Source of the DNA: Octopus vulgaris
Taxonomy: Eukaryota
Reading direction: 5' to 3'
NCBI GenBank assembly: GCA_951406725.2
Contig: OX597814.1
Span: 120,094,001-120,158,000, forward strand
DNA: 64,000 nucleotides
Part shown: positions 28,595-41,977 of the stretch, in pieces
Position numbering within the stretch: the first letter of the stretch is position 1
Layout: each line of letters opens with the position of its first letter
Position numbers and translations under genes: made by a program
Notes under the pieces: generated by a model
What the model was told of the DNA's origin: nothing
The model's database searches: none
What the model saw: only the letters and a program-made list of their open reading frames with translations

Positions 28595-29689
28595 TTGAGG
28601 GTGCAATTGCCCCGTACAGGATTGTTAATAGCAATCGAAATGCCAACTGGCATTATCAATTATATTAAACTTATATAAATGTAGTAATCCATATGTTGCT
28701 GGGTATCTTCAGGGAAAATAAGTATATTTTCCGGTCTAGAATTACAAAATAACTTATTTTAGGGCTTTGTTCAGAAATTTTCATATGTAAACAACGCGAA
28801 GTTCATGTGATTAGAAATTGATCATAGAAAATTTAGCTAACATTGAACGTGAAAATGATGCTTAAACATCAAATGCATTAAAAAAAATATATTTATAAGT
28901 ATATTTATATTAGAATATAAGAATAAAAATCACGTTAATGATTGTTATCAGCCAGTATGCTATCAACATTTTGTATTTGTTATTACATTTATAATATATT
29001 TATAAAGGTCTATAGGAGGAAGATGGGAGAAAGACAAATGTAACTTGTCATGAGGAGTATAATATAGAAAGAATTAGATTGAGAAATGATAATAAAGAAG
29101 GTATGAAATGTATGTTTATATTATACTACGATAATGTAATTTATCGTGCTACAGAGAAATATATTGATATTTATATCTATAAAAAGTTTATGGGAGAAAA
29201 ATAGGATAAATAGAAATATAACTTATCTTGAGGGGTGTAATATACAAAGAATTAGATTAAGTGATGTTAATGTAGAAGGGATGAAAATTTTGTTCATATT
29301 ATACCACGATGTATTTTAGAAGTACTTTGGAGGAAGATTATAATATTGTAATTATTTAGGGTTAAATGAATTAGGATATAATTTTGGTGTTCGAAGAAAA
29401 TATATTAGGTATGTAAAACATATTAGTATATAAGATAAACTATATTTTACTCACATAGGAGATGCGAGAGAAAATGGTATTACAATATTATTTCCCGAGG
29501 TCAAACTGTGAGTAACAAATATTTTCTTTTTATTCATATGGTTAGCCATATGTTTTTTTATTATAATAATGCAAAAATATGTGTTTTACTAAAGAAATAT
29601 ATCTATAATGTTTATGGATAATATGGATATAAATACGCAGGTGTAAATTTAAGTTTCATATTTATATATATTGAAATATATTAAATGTA

Positions 29690-30070
29690 TCAACAGTCAT
29701 TCATGCAGGACTATAAGATTATATAAAATAAAGGATAACATGTTCAATTTACTGCAAGATAATACAAATGCTTACATGTTGAACATTTCTATTATCTTGG
29801 AGCAAGAGGGTGTTACGTGAAGTATCGTATCGCGAACCATGAAGACTCATTTCGACATATTAATTGACGTCGTAGCACATGCCTTAGTAAATTTATCTCG
29901 AAACTTAAAGAGAGTAATAAAACGTATAAAACTTGATGGAAAGATATAAATACTGTTCTTCACTATAAACCAAAAATCAAGGCATGTTCGCTCTGCCTCA
30001 ATGAAACACAATCTCTAAAATGAAAAGTCAGAAACAGTTTGCCAGTGTTTGCAACACCTAAAAACTTTCG
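29690..30070 (+). pseudogene. Penelope-like element GIY-YIG endonuclease remnant
   Basis: From 29787: FYYLGARGCYVKYRIANHEDSFRHIN*RRSTCLSKFISKLKESNKTYKT*WKDIN...YKPKIKACSLCLNE, then shifted NEKSETVCQC. Matches the PLE pattern YIG..FKxRxxNHxxSF..STxLS..W..CxLCLxE..LNKRSE..C. Confidence 0.72.
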
Positions 30071-31551
30071 AATGTTGATGATTGAAACATACTGTTGGAT
30101 TGCAACATGTGTAGGAAATTCTTTGGATACTTTTTTTTTTTTGGTTTTTATTAATCCGGTTTCTTTTATTGTTATTTCTTTATATATCTCTGTTTCTTTG
30201 CATTACAGTCCTATTGTGAAACAAATAAAATGAACCAGGCATCCATTATATTTTTATTCTCAAGATTCTTTTATTTAATTTATATATACATACGGATATA
30301 TGTGTTTGTGTCTGTGTGCGTATGTGCTTGTGTATTTGTATATGTACACAGATAAAAAAAATGGAGAAAGCGGGACAGATACACAGATAGATCATACCAA
30401 ACGCAGTGTGGTACCGTTTAGTGGAAATAAATATTAAATAGAGAACGAAAGCGGGAGAAATAGAGAGACATGTTTATTTGCTGAGTTCGTGGCGTCAACA
30501 TATGTAATTAGCCTCAAAGATATATGGACGCATAGACGGCTGACAATTTGGATGTGAAGATATATCAATAGATAATAAAATTAAAGTTAAATTCCCTTAG
30601 CTAATAACTATGGATGTTCCAGAATTATTTTTACGTGTTCTAGTCCAAAGTTTGTGGTCATGCCATGAGACCGCCATTATTCATTTTCTATATGTTATTA
30701 GGTTAATTCCTCTCTGTATCGTTTGTGTAAACCGATACGTACATCTACAGACGGCAAAGTAATTATAGATAAACAAATAGACATGCTAGCATGTATGTAT
30801 AAATGCATGCATGCATTCATGCATGTGTTCAAGTATGTATGGGAAAGATAGGCATGTATGTAGGGAGAGAAGTACGAAGGCTAGTACATTGATAGGCTCG
30901 TAGGTAAGTAATTCTGCAGATATGTGAGTAAGTATACAAATAGATATATAGATAGAGAGTCACGAAGTTTGTGGTATATTCTGTTGCCTTAGCATATATC
31001 TCAGCACGTATGTCTGTAGTTATATAGGGTATCACTTTGTGTTCATTGGAGATCTGTTAAGTTGATTGCGTTCTTATTTTGATGTAACATTGTGCAGAAT
31101 ATATAAAATGTGAATTTTTATTTGTTCTTTATTTCTTTGCTGCCCTTGTATCAACGCGCGTTTATGGTTTGTCATTAAATGGAGTAAGACGTAGGATGTA
31201 AGCTCTCGTACGGTGTTATATACATATTTTTCAGCTGTGTTGTCAATTTTTTATTCTATTGTAACTAAGCTGTCACTTGGAAAATTAATTTTTGGAACCG
31301 TGTGTATTTTTTGATTTTGTAAATATTGTTCAACCAATTCATTACCAGATCTTTGATTAATTATTTATACTGTGAGTTATGCTCATTTTGCCGTCCATAT
31401 CATATTTATCCGGCATCTTCGCATCATTCTTCAAATCAAAATTACTACAATAAAATGAGCATGAAGATGCATCTCCATACATTTCAGTTAGTATTCTTTG
31501 TGTTCATTTGTATATATGTCTGGAAGTGTTCTTTATTCCACTTGTTTCTCG

Positions 31552-31623
<72 letters not shown>

Positions 31624-31719
31624 ATAAAAATGGTAAGGCAACAAAAAATGAAAGAGACCTTGATATTATGTAAATAGTGGAATTTATCTGTAAATGTAAT
31701 ATGTGACAATTATTTGGTA

Positions 31720-31790
31720 GCCATGATAAAACTCCGAGTTTCGGATTCCGAGGTGGAAATCCATGCTGCCATCTCTTCAGTTATCTGGCC
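31720..31790 (-). ncRNA. Type I hammerhead ribozyme motif
   Basis: Minus strand gcca-gataa CTGAAGA g(31-nt helix II)c GAAA ct-cgg-ag t t ttatc-a-tggc. Helix I gataa/ttatc extended by gcca/tggc; G10.1-C11.1; helix III act/agt; GUU triplet. Confidence 0.7.
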
Positions 31791-31954
31791 ATCGTAAAAA
31801 ATGCTGTGAAAATCACCCTATATATATATGATGTCATATTCCGGGATGATCATTTTTTTGCCAAATAAATACACGCACTATATATTCTTCGTTTCAACGT
31901 TATTATGGTTTTTATTCTTTGTGTCATTTGTCTTAAACTTTTCGCCTCACATAC

Positions 31955-32014
31955 TGTAAACTATTCAGCGTCTCTCCATTCCATGAATTTCCATCCCTTG
32001 TAACTCTGCCTGTT
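31955..32014 (-). CDS. Candidate 60-nt internal exon (TGRVTRDGNSWNGETLNSL-Q)
   Basis: Acceptor cattctgtccttttag and donor ca|gtatgt; phase 2-2; an alternative donor gtgagg lies 4 nt further. Confidence 0.22.
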
Positions 32015-32274
32015 CTAAAAGGACAGAATGCGCTAAACAGAACAATAAGAGTCATGTAGGACGGTGAGTCGATGAAGAGGTCACAGGATGTGGGAAGAAA
32101 GATTTCCAGTCAAACGAATCTAAGATAACAACAGTAATGCATCTGAAGCGAAAGCGAATGTATAGTGCGTGCATTTGTTTGACACAACAAAATATGACCA
32201 TCCCGAAATATAACAATACCTGTTTCAACAATCTATTTCACACCAAGAAAATTTTGCAAATCAAATGCATAAAC

Positions 32275-32289
32275 GTGTGTGTGTGTGTG

Positions 32290-32373
<84 letters not shown>
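32275..32373. repeat. (GT)n microsatellite
   Basis: Read directly. Confidence 0.95.
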
Positions 32374-32381
<8 letters not shown>

Positions 32382-34912
32382 TGCGTGTTCTAGAGTACTG
32401 TAGACTGGTCTCGCTATGTACCATGTAGAGTAAATGTTTAGATCGCTTATTTTTCACTTTGTGATATGAAAATAAACTGTATTGTACATATAACTGAAGA
32501 TGACAGATTCCCTTTTCAAACGAACTCTCTGCGTGGTCAGTACCTCACGTCAATATATTTATGTATAATCTTTCACAAAATTATTCACTACTGAATGTTA
32601 ATATTCTTTATCTCAAATAACAATTTGTTTATCTTCTTTTAACAAAGACTGGGTGATGTTTTGACTTGTATTCTTACTTACGCCCCCTTTATCTTGTCTT
32701 TTAATATATTGCCGACCAGTACTTTTGTTCAGCGCTTCTCCCTTAATTTGTTTTGGAATTTTGCCCTTTCTTTTCCCATTTTCTCGGGTTTTTTCTCTTT
32801 ATCTAAATTAACGTCAACAAGTGCAGCTCCTTGTTTGTAGTTTATGAAATTCTTAAGTGTAAAGAAAAAAATGATTATTGCACTCCTGAACAGTCGTGTA
32901 GATGTGTGTCTTGAACATACTCTTTGTTTTTTCGTTCGTTTTCCTTTTGAAATTATCGTGTCGACAATGTTTTCTGTAACGAGTCCCTATCATAATATTG
33001 TTTCCTGTCACCTGTCTGTACCATATTTTACATTTACATATTTTATATCTCATACATTTAACATAAAAATATTTGGCATAACGTCAAGTAAAATAGTTGC
33101 AAATCAGATCGCGGACACATTCAAAACAATGATGATGTTTTCGAAAGGTTTTTGCTAGTGTAATTTCATTGTTTTTCTTTTTCTGCTCACTCCTACACAT
33201 GTTGTATGATAATGAGCCAGACTAGATTCCTCAATGTATCCCTAGAGACACAGCAACATACCAATGCTGTTCTAAATTTCTCCGGTCTCACGATTTCAAA
33301 CCTCAAAAGAGAAGAGAAGCAGTACACAAATGATCATTCAATATTTCAATGAGAAAACGGAAATAAAACCGGACAAATCTGGAAACGCTTTAATGCAAAA
33401 ATCACAATTTTCTGCTGCATAGAAATATTCAATGACTCTGATGCTAAACAGAAGGAAACAACGGAATACACTGAATATAGCTGAGTGACATAGACATCGC
33501 TCAGACCCCTGAGCTATAATCAATGCAATGTGTTGAGTATGTTATTTGGATTTTTGTTTAGTCAGTCGAAATCCATTAAATCTTTTGCAAATTTTCTTGT
33601 TACGTTGCAAAAGAATTTTAGAATATTTTAAAATAATAAAATAATAAAAATAAGGAAAAAAGTTGAAGCATACTTTTGTGAGATTGAAAACTAGAGAAAA
33701 GCATTAATAACTAACATCTTCAACAGCCACCTGTCATTCACTGGTCCCCAACCACATTTCCGTCTTTAGAGGCATTCTTGTTGAATACCAGGCTTATTAT
33801 ATGTATGATACTGCTTAAAAGATGTCTAGTGTTACGGTCTATAGAACCTTTACAGTTACGGTCTGGTATTTTCCATTCCGATGCTACAAAACTATATATT
33901 ATGGCTGGCTCTGTAAATGTGTTAATGGTATTTTTTCTAATTACATGGCTTTAGTATTGTTTTTTTTCTTTCTCACAAACTATTAATTTCTCGTTTATAT
34001 TTGTATAGCTTTCACATTCATACACTATTTTACTTTCCTCTATGCTAAAGTATTTCAGAGAGCAGAAATGTTAAGCTCTTGTATTATCTCTATGGAATTC
34101 CAAATCATCTGTCCGAACAGCTAGTCTGCTTCATTGTATTGCGATTTTCCAGTCCAAAGAATATTTGAATGTCTCTGATAAATTGCCTGACATTACAGCA
34201 TTGAGTCTCTACTAATGAATGATGATAGGTCAATCATGAAGAGATGTAAAATGAGCCTGGTCATACTTCTCTTCATACAGTTGCATAAATTAGATATCTT
34301 TAGTGATCTGACCTACAGAGAACTAACCTAAACAAAAGTAAGGTCAAGATATACAAACATCTATCAGTGTTTCAGTATATAACTGTATGAGAATATAGTT
34401 TACAATTATACCTTCGATTAAGACTACAAGAACTGTAAATAATGTTTTCGATGATAGTTGAAAGTAATTCAAAATGTTATCCAAAATATGTGCATTTCCA
34501 TTATCTTCATAAAAAATACATCCCAACCTAAATAAATGACATTTATGTAATCAATCAAGATATGAATTACATTATATTACAGTCTCTGTCTCATCGTCCT
34601 ATACGACCATCCTGATAATAGACCGCTCATTATAACACATCTCCTTGATGTACATCTATTCTACCCTTAGACATTTCCCGAATGAATTTTTAAAATTAAA
34701 AAAAAATCTGGATAATAGGGTGAAGAGCTGTTTAAAGGTCATAGTAGCAAATGGTGACGTGGCAACACTATTGGTTACCCTCTGTTCATTTTTCATTTTT
34801 AACAAATATTTGGTACACCTGATAATACTTCGTCAGGAATATCCAATAAGAATTTGACAACTTTTTGTTTATTAGTATTATCTTTTACAAGAAGGTACCA
34901 ATAAGTTTTATC

Positions 34913-35525
34913 GTTTACTTGCTTTAGTCATTGACTTGCAGCCATCCTGGAGCACCGCATGAGAAAAGTTTGGTCGAACAAATCGACTCCAGCACTTATT
35001 TGTTTTAAAAAGATATTCTGTGACTTTTGCTGAACCGCTAGTTTACGGGGGATATAAACGCAAAAGCTGACAGTCAAGAAGTAGTGGGGTAAAAACAGAG
35101 CATTTTTCACCATTTTAGAAATCGGTCGATGTTTACAATAGTGTTCTTTATAAGGCTGACAGGGTGACTCAGGTTCTTTAACCCTCGACGACGGAGTAAT
35201 GGGAAACCGAGGAAAACTTATCAAATCTGAAATCAGCGCTGATATGACTTAATCTCGCTTGTCGTAAGGAAGGAGCCTGTCTCCCTTGACAGCCGTTAGA
35301 AAAATGCTGTCACGTAGGTAAGAGCTGTTTTGACGCCTCCGACGAGAGAGTTCCTCATGTATGTCAGACGGGTTTCTTTAAGTTTCCATCTACCAAATAC
35401 ATTAGTAAGGCGTCGGTCAGCTCGAGGCTATATTATGAGACACTCGCCGATGGTGTCACGCTATGAGAATAAAATAAACGCAGCCATGTAGTTGGGAAGT
35501 AAATTTCTTATCATTCAGCCACACC
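34913..35525 (-). mobile_element. Old, diverged SINE family A copy with unrelated sequence in its middle
   Basis: 3' part 34913-35070 (tcattgacttgcagccatcctggagcaccgc) and 5' part 35367-35525 (gacgggtttctttaagtttccatctaccaaat) align to family A. Confidence 0.65.
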
Positions 35526-37321
35526 ATATTTTAATCTCACGCTCTATGTTGTATCACATGTGATGGACGTTGACTAAAATCTAAACTGTGTGCTGTAGAT
35601 AAATAGTGTAACTGTTACCAGAGTAGACTCCTAAGTTCGAGATTTTTTTTACTACAATGCTACCGCTTTTTGACCTAAAGATAAGTGGATTCTCCGTTTT
35701 CTCGAAGCCACCGAACACATCTGCCACAAAAGGTAGAGCTTATGACGGAATAGTGAAACCAGGAATTTGAAACCGTGAAAATATCAATGCTTTACGCCTC
35801 CATTATCGAGAGTCAGTGTAGAGCCGCAATTTAGGCATTAAGGTCTCTCTCGTATCCTTACTCGATATGACTCCGAAAATGTTCGACAAATTACCGCTGA
35901 AATAGTGTGCTCTTATTTTCAGTATCTTAGCTTGCAGTGATCAACATCCGCCAATGGCCTAACTGGTTTTCTCAACACATCTCTCGTCTACAATTTGTTT
36001 TCATAGAATGGTGTTAATTCCTCCATGTTTTAGACTATGGGCTATAGATGACAACACATCTATCGTCTTTCATTTTGAATTGTTTCGGGCCAATTTCACT
36101 GCAACATTGTGGATCTCAATACCTTTCTTAGACGCCCCATCCGAGGTTTTATCTAGGTCTTCGTTTCTACTAGTTTTTTGTATAACTTGTCTCTAACTAG
36201 AACTTTTCTATTTTTTCAGATCGTCCAATTTAATGTGTACCACGATTTGCTGCTGAAGATCGCATGTACCAAAACTTGCTAAACTAATTCTCTTATACTG
36301 ATGATGGTTTTGCGAAGGCAAGGACGAGTTCAGGTTCAAGTAGCATACTCAAGACGTTTATGGGAATTGTCCTTACAATTGATAAATATGCGGTCTGTTT
36401 CACCGATGATTTAGAATATAGACAGAAGACAATTCCCGTGCTACCAGTTGTAACAAACATTATATTTCGCTACTTACTAGAAAACCGATGCTGTGTGTCC
36501 ATAGGCTCATTTGGAAAGTTATAACGCTAGGTCTCAGACAGTTGGAAATGCCTGAACAGTTTGTGACGATTTTCACCTCTCTCTCTCTCTCTCTTATTAC
36601 CCAGACACACATAATCCCAACGTTCTACAAGATGCTGATTCAGTCTCTAGTTACAGAAGTAGGACATTCCCAGCCAAGACTCTAAAAGAAAATTGTCTAC
36701 AACTGTCCAGTTCTAGATAGCTGCTACTTCAAAGCTTTGGTTTTCGCTGCTGGTCACGATGAAATAATACAGTCTTAGCATTTGAAAGAAGAAGACGGCC
36801 ACCATTGCTGAATCGCGAGCTACCATATGAAATACTGATTCCGTTTACTGTTCCCGGTCGAGATCGTGATGCGTACACATATCAGATGGGACTTAATATT
36901 CGTGACTCGAAGTTTCTAGTTATCCTGATAGCCACAATGTCCGAGATTATAATAAGGTACGGCACTGAAAGTACCCATAATAAGTAAGGCAATATTGGAT
37001 TAAAGGGGAAAGTGAGAGACTCTGTTTTGCCTTAACACTGTGAAAAGAAAGGCTATATGTTCTTCCGGTTACTTGCGGTGTTTACAATAAAGTTTTATCC
37101 ACCATTATTGTTTATGATCCCTCAGAAACAGTACATCTGTCCGGATATTTTGTTTTAAGTTTGCCGTATTTTTCCTGCGTTGCTTTTGGGATTTGTATGT
37201 TGAATTCTTATTTGCAACATCAATTCTTTAAAGTCAGTGTTTATGTGGACCTAATGTATAAGTATAGGCTTTTAAAAAATAAAATGTTGTTTCTGTCGGT
37301 TTGGATGCGGATTCTGTCAAT

Positions 37322-37939
37322 GAGCCACAATCTCCGCTGGTTTACTTGCTCATCACCGCTCAACTCATGGACACAAGCAATGATTCCTTTACCGAATCAT
37401 TACTGGTGACGAAAAATGGTGCCTGTACATCAATATGATGCAGCGTAAAGAATGGCTTAGCCCCGGTAAACAAGTGACACCGCATAAAACGATATTGAGA
37501 CTGGGAAGGGATTATCCATTACGAATTACTTGAATGGAACCAAACGGTCAACGCGGAATTCTATGTCCAACAGATGGAACGACGCAACACGGCTATTCAA
37601 GAGAAAAGACCTAATCGGTAGCATGGATTTCTTCTGCTGCACTACAAGCCCCCACCCTCATATCACCAATATAACCAAGGAAGCCATTCAAACGCATGGC
37701 TGGGAAGTGCTGCCACACTTAACGTACTCGCCTAATTTGGCACCAACGGATTTCACCTCTTTCGGTCTCTTCCAAATGCTATGCGAGGAGTTTCGTTCAA
37801 TAATGATGCAGACTTGAGAGCTTGGCTGGATCAATTTTTCGAGTCAAAATCGGGTGATTTCTACCAACGAGGCATCGAAAATCTTGTTGAGTGTTAGGAA
37901 AAAGTTGTAAACAACAAGGGTAAATTAATTATTGATTAA
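37322..37939 (+). pseudogene. mariner (DD34D) transposase pseudogene, catalytic domain
   Basis: FLYRIITGDEKWCLYIN (37384-), DWEGIIHYELL, GWEVLPHLTYSPNLAPTDF, FFESKSGDFYQRGIENLVEC*EKVVNNKG; contains frameshifts and stops. Confidence 0.9.
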
Positions 37940-37995
37940 TTAGATGTTATTTTTTATTAAACATATAAAAACTTTTAAATTTGAAATATATATAT

Positions 37996-38190
37996 TTGTG
38001 CTTGTGTTTGTCCCTCTACCATCGCTTAACAACCGATTTTCGTGTGTTTACGTATCGTAACTGAGCGGTTCAGCAAAATAGCCGATGGAATAAGTACCAG
38101 ACTTACAAACAATAAGTCCTGGAGACGATTTCTGCGACCAAAGGTGGTGCCCCATCATGGCAGCAGTCAAATGATTGAAACAAGCAAGTG
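37996..38190 (+). mobile_element. SINE family A, 3' half
   Basis: catcgcttaacaaccgat...aataagtcctgg...gtcaaatgattgaaacaag. Confidence 0.8.
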
Positions 38191-38243
38191 ATAACCACAG
38201 TAACTACATAGAAAGAAACAAATGCTCTCAAATATACTCTCTC

Positions 38244-38630
38244 TACTCTTTTACTTGTTTTAGTCATTTGACGGCGGCCATGCTGCAGCACCGCCTTTAG
38301 TGGAGCAAATCGACCCCAGAACTTATTCTTTGTAAGCCTAGTACTTATTATATCGGTCTCTGTCGCTAAGTTACGGGGACGTAAACACACCAGCATCGGT
38401 TATCAAGTGATGTTGGGGTGACAAACACAAACACACAAACATATACACACACATACATATATGTACACATATATACAACGGGCTTCTTTCAGTTTCTGTA
38501 CCAAATCCACTCACAAGGCTTTGGTCGGTCGGAAGCTATAGTAGAAAACACACCTGCCCAGGGTGCCACACAGTGGGAATGAATCCGGAACCATGTGGCT
38601 GGTAAGCAAGCTACTTACCACACAGCCACT
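38244..38630 (-). mobile_element. SINE family A, near full length
   Basis: Reverse complement of the 38944 copy, including the internal CA/TA microsatellite. Confidence 0.9.
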
Positions 38631-38741
38631 GACCGTGATTTATTAGGTTGATATATTACAACACAGAAGTTGTGCGTATGCATTCATACATTTTATATTA
38701 CGAGATCAAAAGCTGGAATTCTTATTGACAATAACAGTCCT

Positions 38742-38935
38742 GAAGGCGACGAGCTGGCGGAATCTATAACAAACCGAGCAAAAGGATTAGTGGTATTTCG
38801 TCCGTCTTTACGCTCTGATTTCAAATTTGTTTTCATCTTTTCGGGATCAAAATATACCGGTTGACCGCTGGTATCGGTGTAATCGACTTATACCCTGTCC
38901 TGAAATTGCTAACCGAGCGCCAAAATTCGAATCTA
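38742..38935 (+). mobile_element. SINE family B, diverged copy
   Basis: ggcgacgagctggcggaatc...gtatttcgtccgtctttacg...gtgtaatcgactt. Confidence 0.7.
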
Positions 38936-38943
38936 TACTAACA

Positions 38944-39073
38944 GGCGCAGGAGTGACTGTTTGGTAAGTAGCTTGCTTACCAACCATATGGTTCCGGGGG
39001 CAGTGGCACCTTGGGGAAGTGTCTTCTACTATAGCCTCGGATTTGGTAGACGGAAACTGAAAGAAGCCCGTCG

Positions 39074-39117
<44 letters not shown>

Positions 39118-39328
39118 CGTGTATATTTGTGTGTCTGTGTTTGTCCCCCTAGAATTGCTTGACAACCGATGCTGGTGTGTTTATGTCCCCGTCACTTAGC
39201 GGTTCGACAAAAGAAACCGATAGAATAAGTACTGGGCTTACAAAGAATAAGTACCGGGTTCGAGTTGCTCGACTAAAGGCGGTGCTCCAGCATGGCCGCA
39301 GTCAACTGACTGAAACAAGTAAAAGAGT
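38944..39328 (+). mobile_element. SINE family A, full length (small internal deletions)
   Basis: ggcgcaggagtg head, ggcaccttggggaagtgtcttctac CORE-like box, gaaacaagtaaaagagt tail. Confidence 0.9.
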
Positions 39329-39337
39329 AACGATGTT

Positions 39338-39567
39338 GAAGGTGACGAGTAGGCAGAATCGATAAGACGCCAGACAAGCTGCTTAGCGGCAATTCTTCCA
39401 TCTTTTCGATCTGAATTCAAATTCACCGAGGTCGGCTTTGCTTTTCATAGATTTGGGGGTTGGTAAATTAAGCAACAGTCAAGCAGTGGAGTTGACGTAG
39501 TCAACTTACCCCCCACCACACACACAGACACCAACATTGCTGGCCTTGAGCCAAAATTTGAAACCGA
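39338..39567 (+). mobile_element. SINE family B, diverged copy
   Basis: ggtgacgagtaggcagaatc...ttcaaattcaccgaggtcggctttgcttttcat...ggccttgagccaaaatttgaaacc. Confidence 0.72.
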
Positions 39568-41559
39568 TATTAATATTCCTGCTTATATAACTGACATAAA
39601 ACGATCGCAGTTTCTGAAATGTGAGAATAAATATAGTTTATTGCCCAAAAGAACTTATGCATTTTCAACAAATATTTATTTTATTAAATTTAAATATAAG
39701 AAGAAACGAGTTTGTCACTTAGAAAATAAGTTTTAATTTTAGTTTCAATATCGAAATATAGTGGAGTTACCTAGCTGGTTTTACGGTTAGATTTTCACTC
39801 GTTTTCATGAATCTATTTATAAAGATATAAAATCAACATGAGTTAGGAAATATTATTTTGAAAGTATAGTTAGAAAATAACATAAACCACGTGTAAAGTT
39901 TTAAATAAATAATAGTTTCTGATAAATAATCTAAGTTTGGGAAATGTTGAAGTTGTTAAAGTAGATACTAAAATCTGGTAGTGTTAATTTAACAGTGTCT
40001 GTCTCTCTAATCAACGTCAGATTGACTACTAAAAATTATTTAATGTTGCACCCGGAGCGTCATATAATCGATAACTTTTCAGATTCAATTTTCTATAAAA
40101 CTTTGATTTAGATGCTCTGTAGAATAAAAGTAGAATTATAGAGAATTTCTGACAGTAGTGAAATGGTTTGCAGATATGATAAACATCAGATATGATAAAT
40201 GTAAAGTATTATACACACAATTAATACAGACGTATTACATATTATGTGTAAGTTGACATAATGCAGTGCTTTTTTTCCTTAATTCATGATAAATATCAAC
40301 TGACGAATAAAATTAAGAAAATGAAAATATTACTGTAAGCTTCATGTTTCAAAGTATGAAATTTCTTCGACATATAATATAATATTAAAAACCAGCCTTC
40401 TCTTTTTACATTTTCTCTTTTGCATACGAAATTGCTGTATATAAGCGCTTATGTAAATTTATTGGTGATTCTTATCGAAGAAATGATTTTTATTAACGTT
40501 GCTATTGTCCTCGAAATGAAACAGTCATGAACAGAACAAAATCTGTTTTCTTATCCTTTGAGACGTTGTACATTGGATGTAAGTAAAAATCAATACTTTA
40601 GGTTATATAGAGTCATTTCTTTTGCTCAAGTCTATTTGATGCTTCATTCGAAAACTAAAACTCGATCAGTTTGTTAAAGTATAATGGCTGTTAGAAAACA
40701 CTTCATTGATATAAATGGCTCTTTGATAGCATAACATTGACTTTAAGGGAAGAACATATATTTTTTGTCTGATTTGTCTTAACAGCTTTCAAACTTCAGT
40801 AAGCTTTCAAAAAGAAAAAAAAATGCGTATTAATTTTCAAATGGTTGCTCCGGCATGCTGGAAGATATTCTTTTTATATTGCCAACCAAGTGTTTAAGAA
40901 ATATTGACTCGTACAACTTCAAAGAACGTTCATGTAGTGGAAATATGACAACTAGCTTCTTCATCGACTCCTTTTCTATATAACTTTCTCGTTCACATCA
41001 CATATTTTTAATGAAACTAATTTAGTTATAGCTTAATAGTCTGCTGTTATTTAGATCAAAATCAACGCTTTTAAAACACACATTGTCGGGAAGTTATACA
41101 GAGGGCCACATTGTCCAATATTCTTATTTTTGAGATAATGATTAGATAGGTTACGATGTGATGTAGCTTAGCTGTTATTTCAAAGTTGAATTGTTGCATA
41201 GATGTTCACTCGCTAGCTATACTCAATTCTAAAATGTTCAAATCTTGCGGAGGATATGAATGTTGTCTTCGTTTCGGGGTTGATAAAATAAAGTACTATT
41301 TTTTACTGAGTTCCATGTAATCAACTAAACATTGCCAACATTGGTGGACTTTGCCTAAATAAGAAAACATTACAGATTTATGTATATCGACAGTGAGATC
41401 GAAGAATCGAGTAAGCGGCAAAGAAATTTTCTTTTCTTAAGTTAGAAGATAAAATCTTACCAAGATCAAGCTAGTCTTTCAAACATTCGATGGATTGTAA
41501 CACCTAATTCTCTTCACTTAAAACATCTGACAGTCTGTCTAAATTCAGGACACATTATA

Positions 41560-41721
41560 CAGGGTGATGGATTGGCAGCATGGTTCCATTGTCAAATAAA
41601 AGGATGTGTGCCATTTGTAGTTTGGTCATTAATAATTTGAGTTCAATTCTGTCTTGGTTGGTCGATATAACATTTCCGATGTTGATAAAATAAGGTAGCA
41701 CTCAAATACTAGGGTCTACAG
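41560..41721 (+). mobile_element. Very old SINE family B relic (further relics at about 41225-41370 and 42045-42240)
   Basis: tttgagttcaattc...gttgataaaataaggtagcac...tactagggtc. Confidence 0.45.
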
Positions 41722-41977
41722 CAGTGTTTCTCGACCTTTTTATCCTTGCGTAATCCCTAAAATAAAATATAGCCTCAAAGAACCCCTGCGCAAAAGCAAA
41801 ATATATACCATACTTTTCTCATACTTTTTTCATCGTAGTTCACGTGGTAAATATCATATATATATATATATATTACGATCATTCAATTAGCATTAGTTGA
41901 TCACTGTTTCTTGTGGCACACCTAAGAACTTTTTTGCAGAAACCGAGGGTGCTAGGAACCCCGATTGAGAAACGCTA
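41722..41977. mobile_element. hAT (Charlie-like) MITE
   Basis: Imperfect TIRs cagtgtttctcgacc / gattgagaaacgcta with subterminal gaacccc motifs; no clean 8-bp TSD. Confidence 0.55.

Noticed and set aside
34645-34857. Tc1-like C-terminus (NRVKSCLKVIVANG)
   Set aside because: Too short and degenerate; no DDE motifs seen
36600-36900. Possible RTE-LINE relic (VLAFERR)
   Set aside because: A single weak motif, which is insufficient
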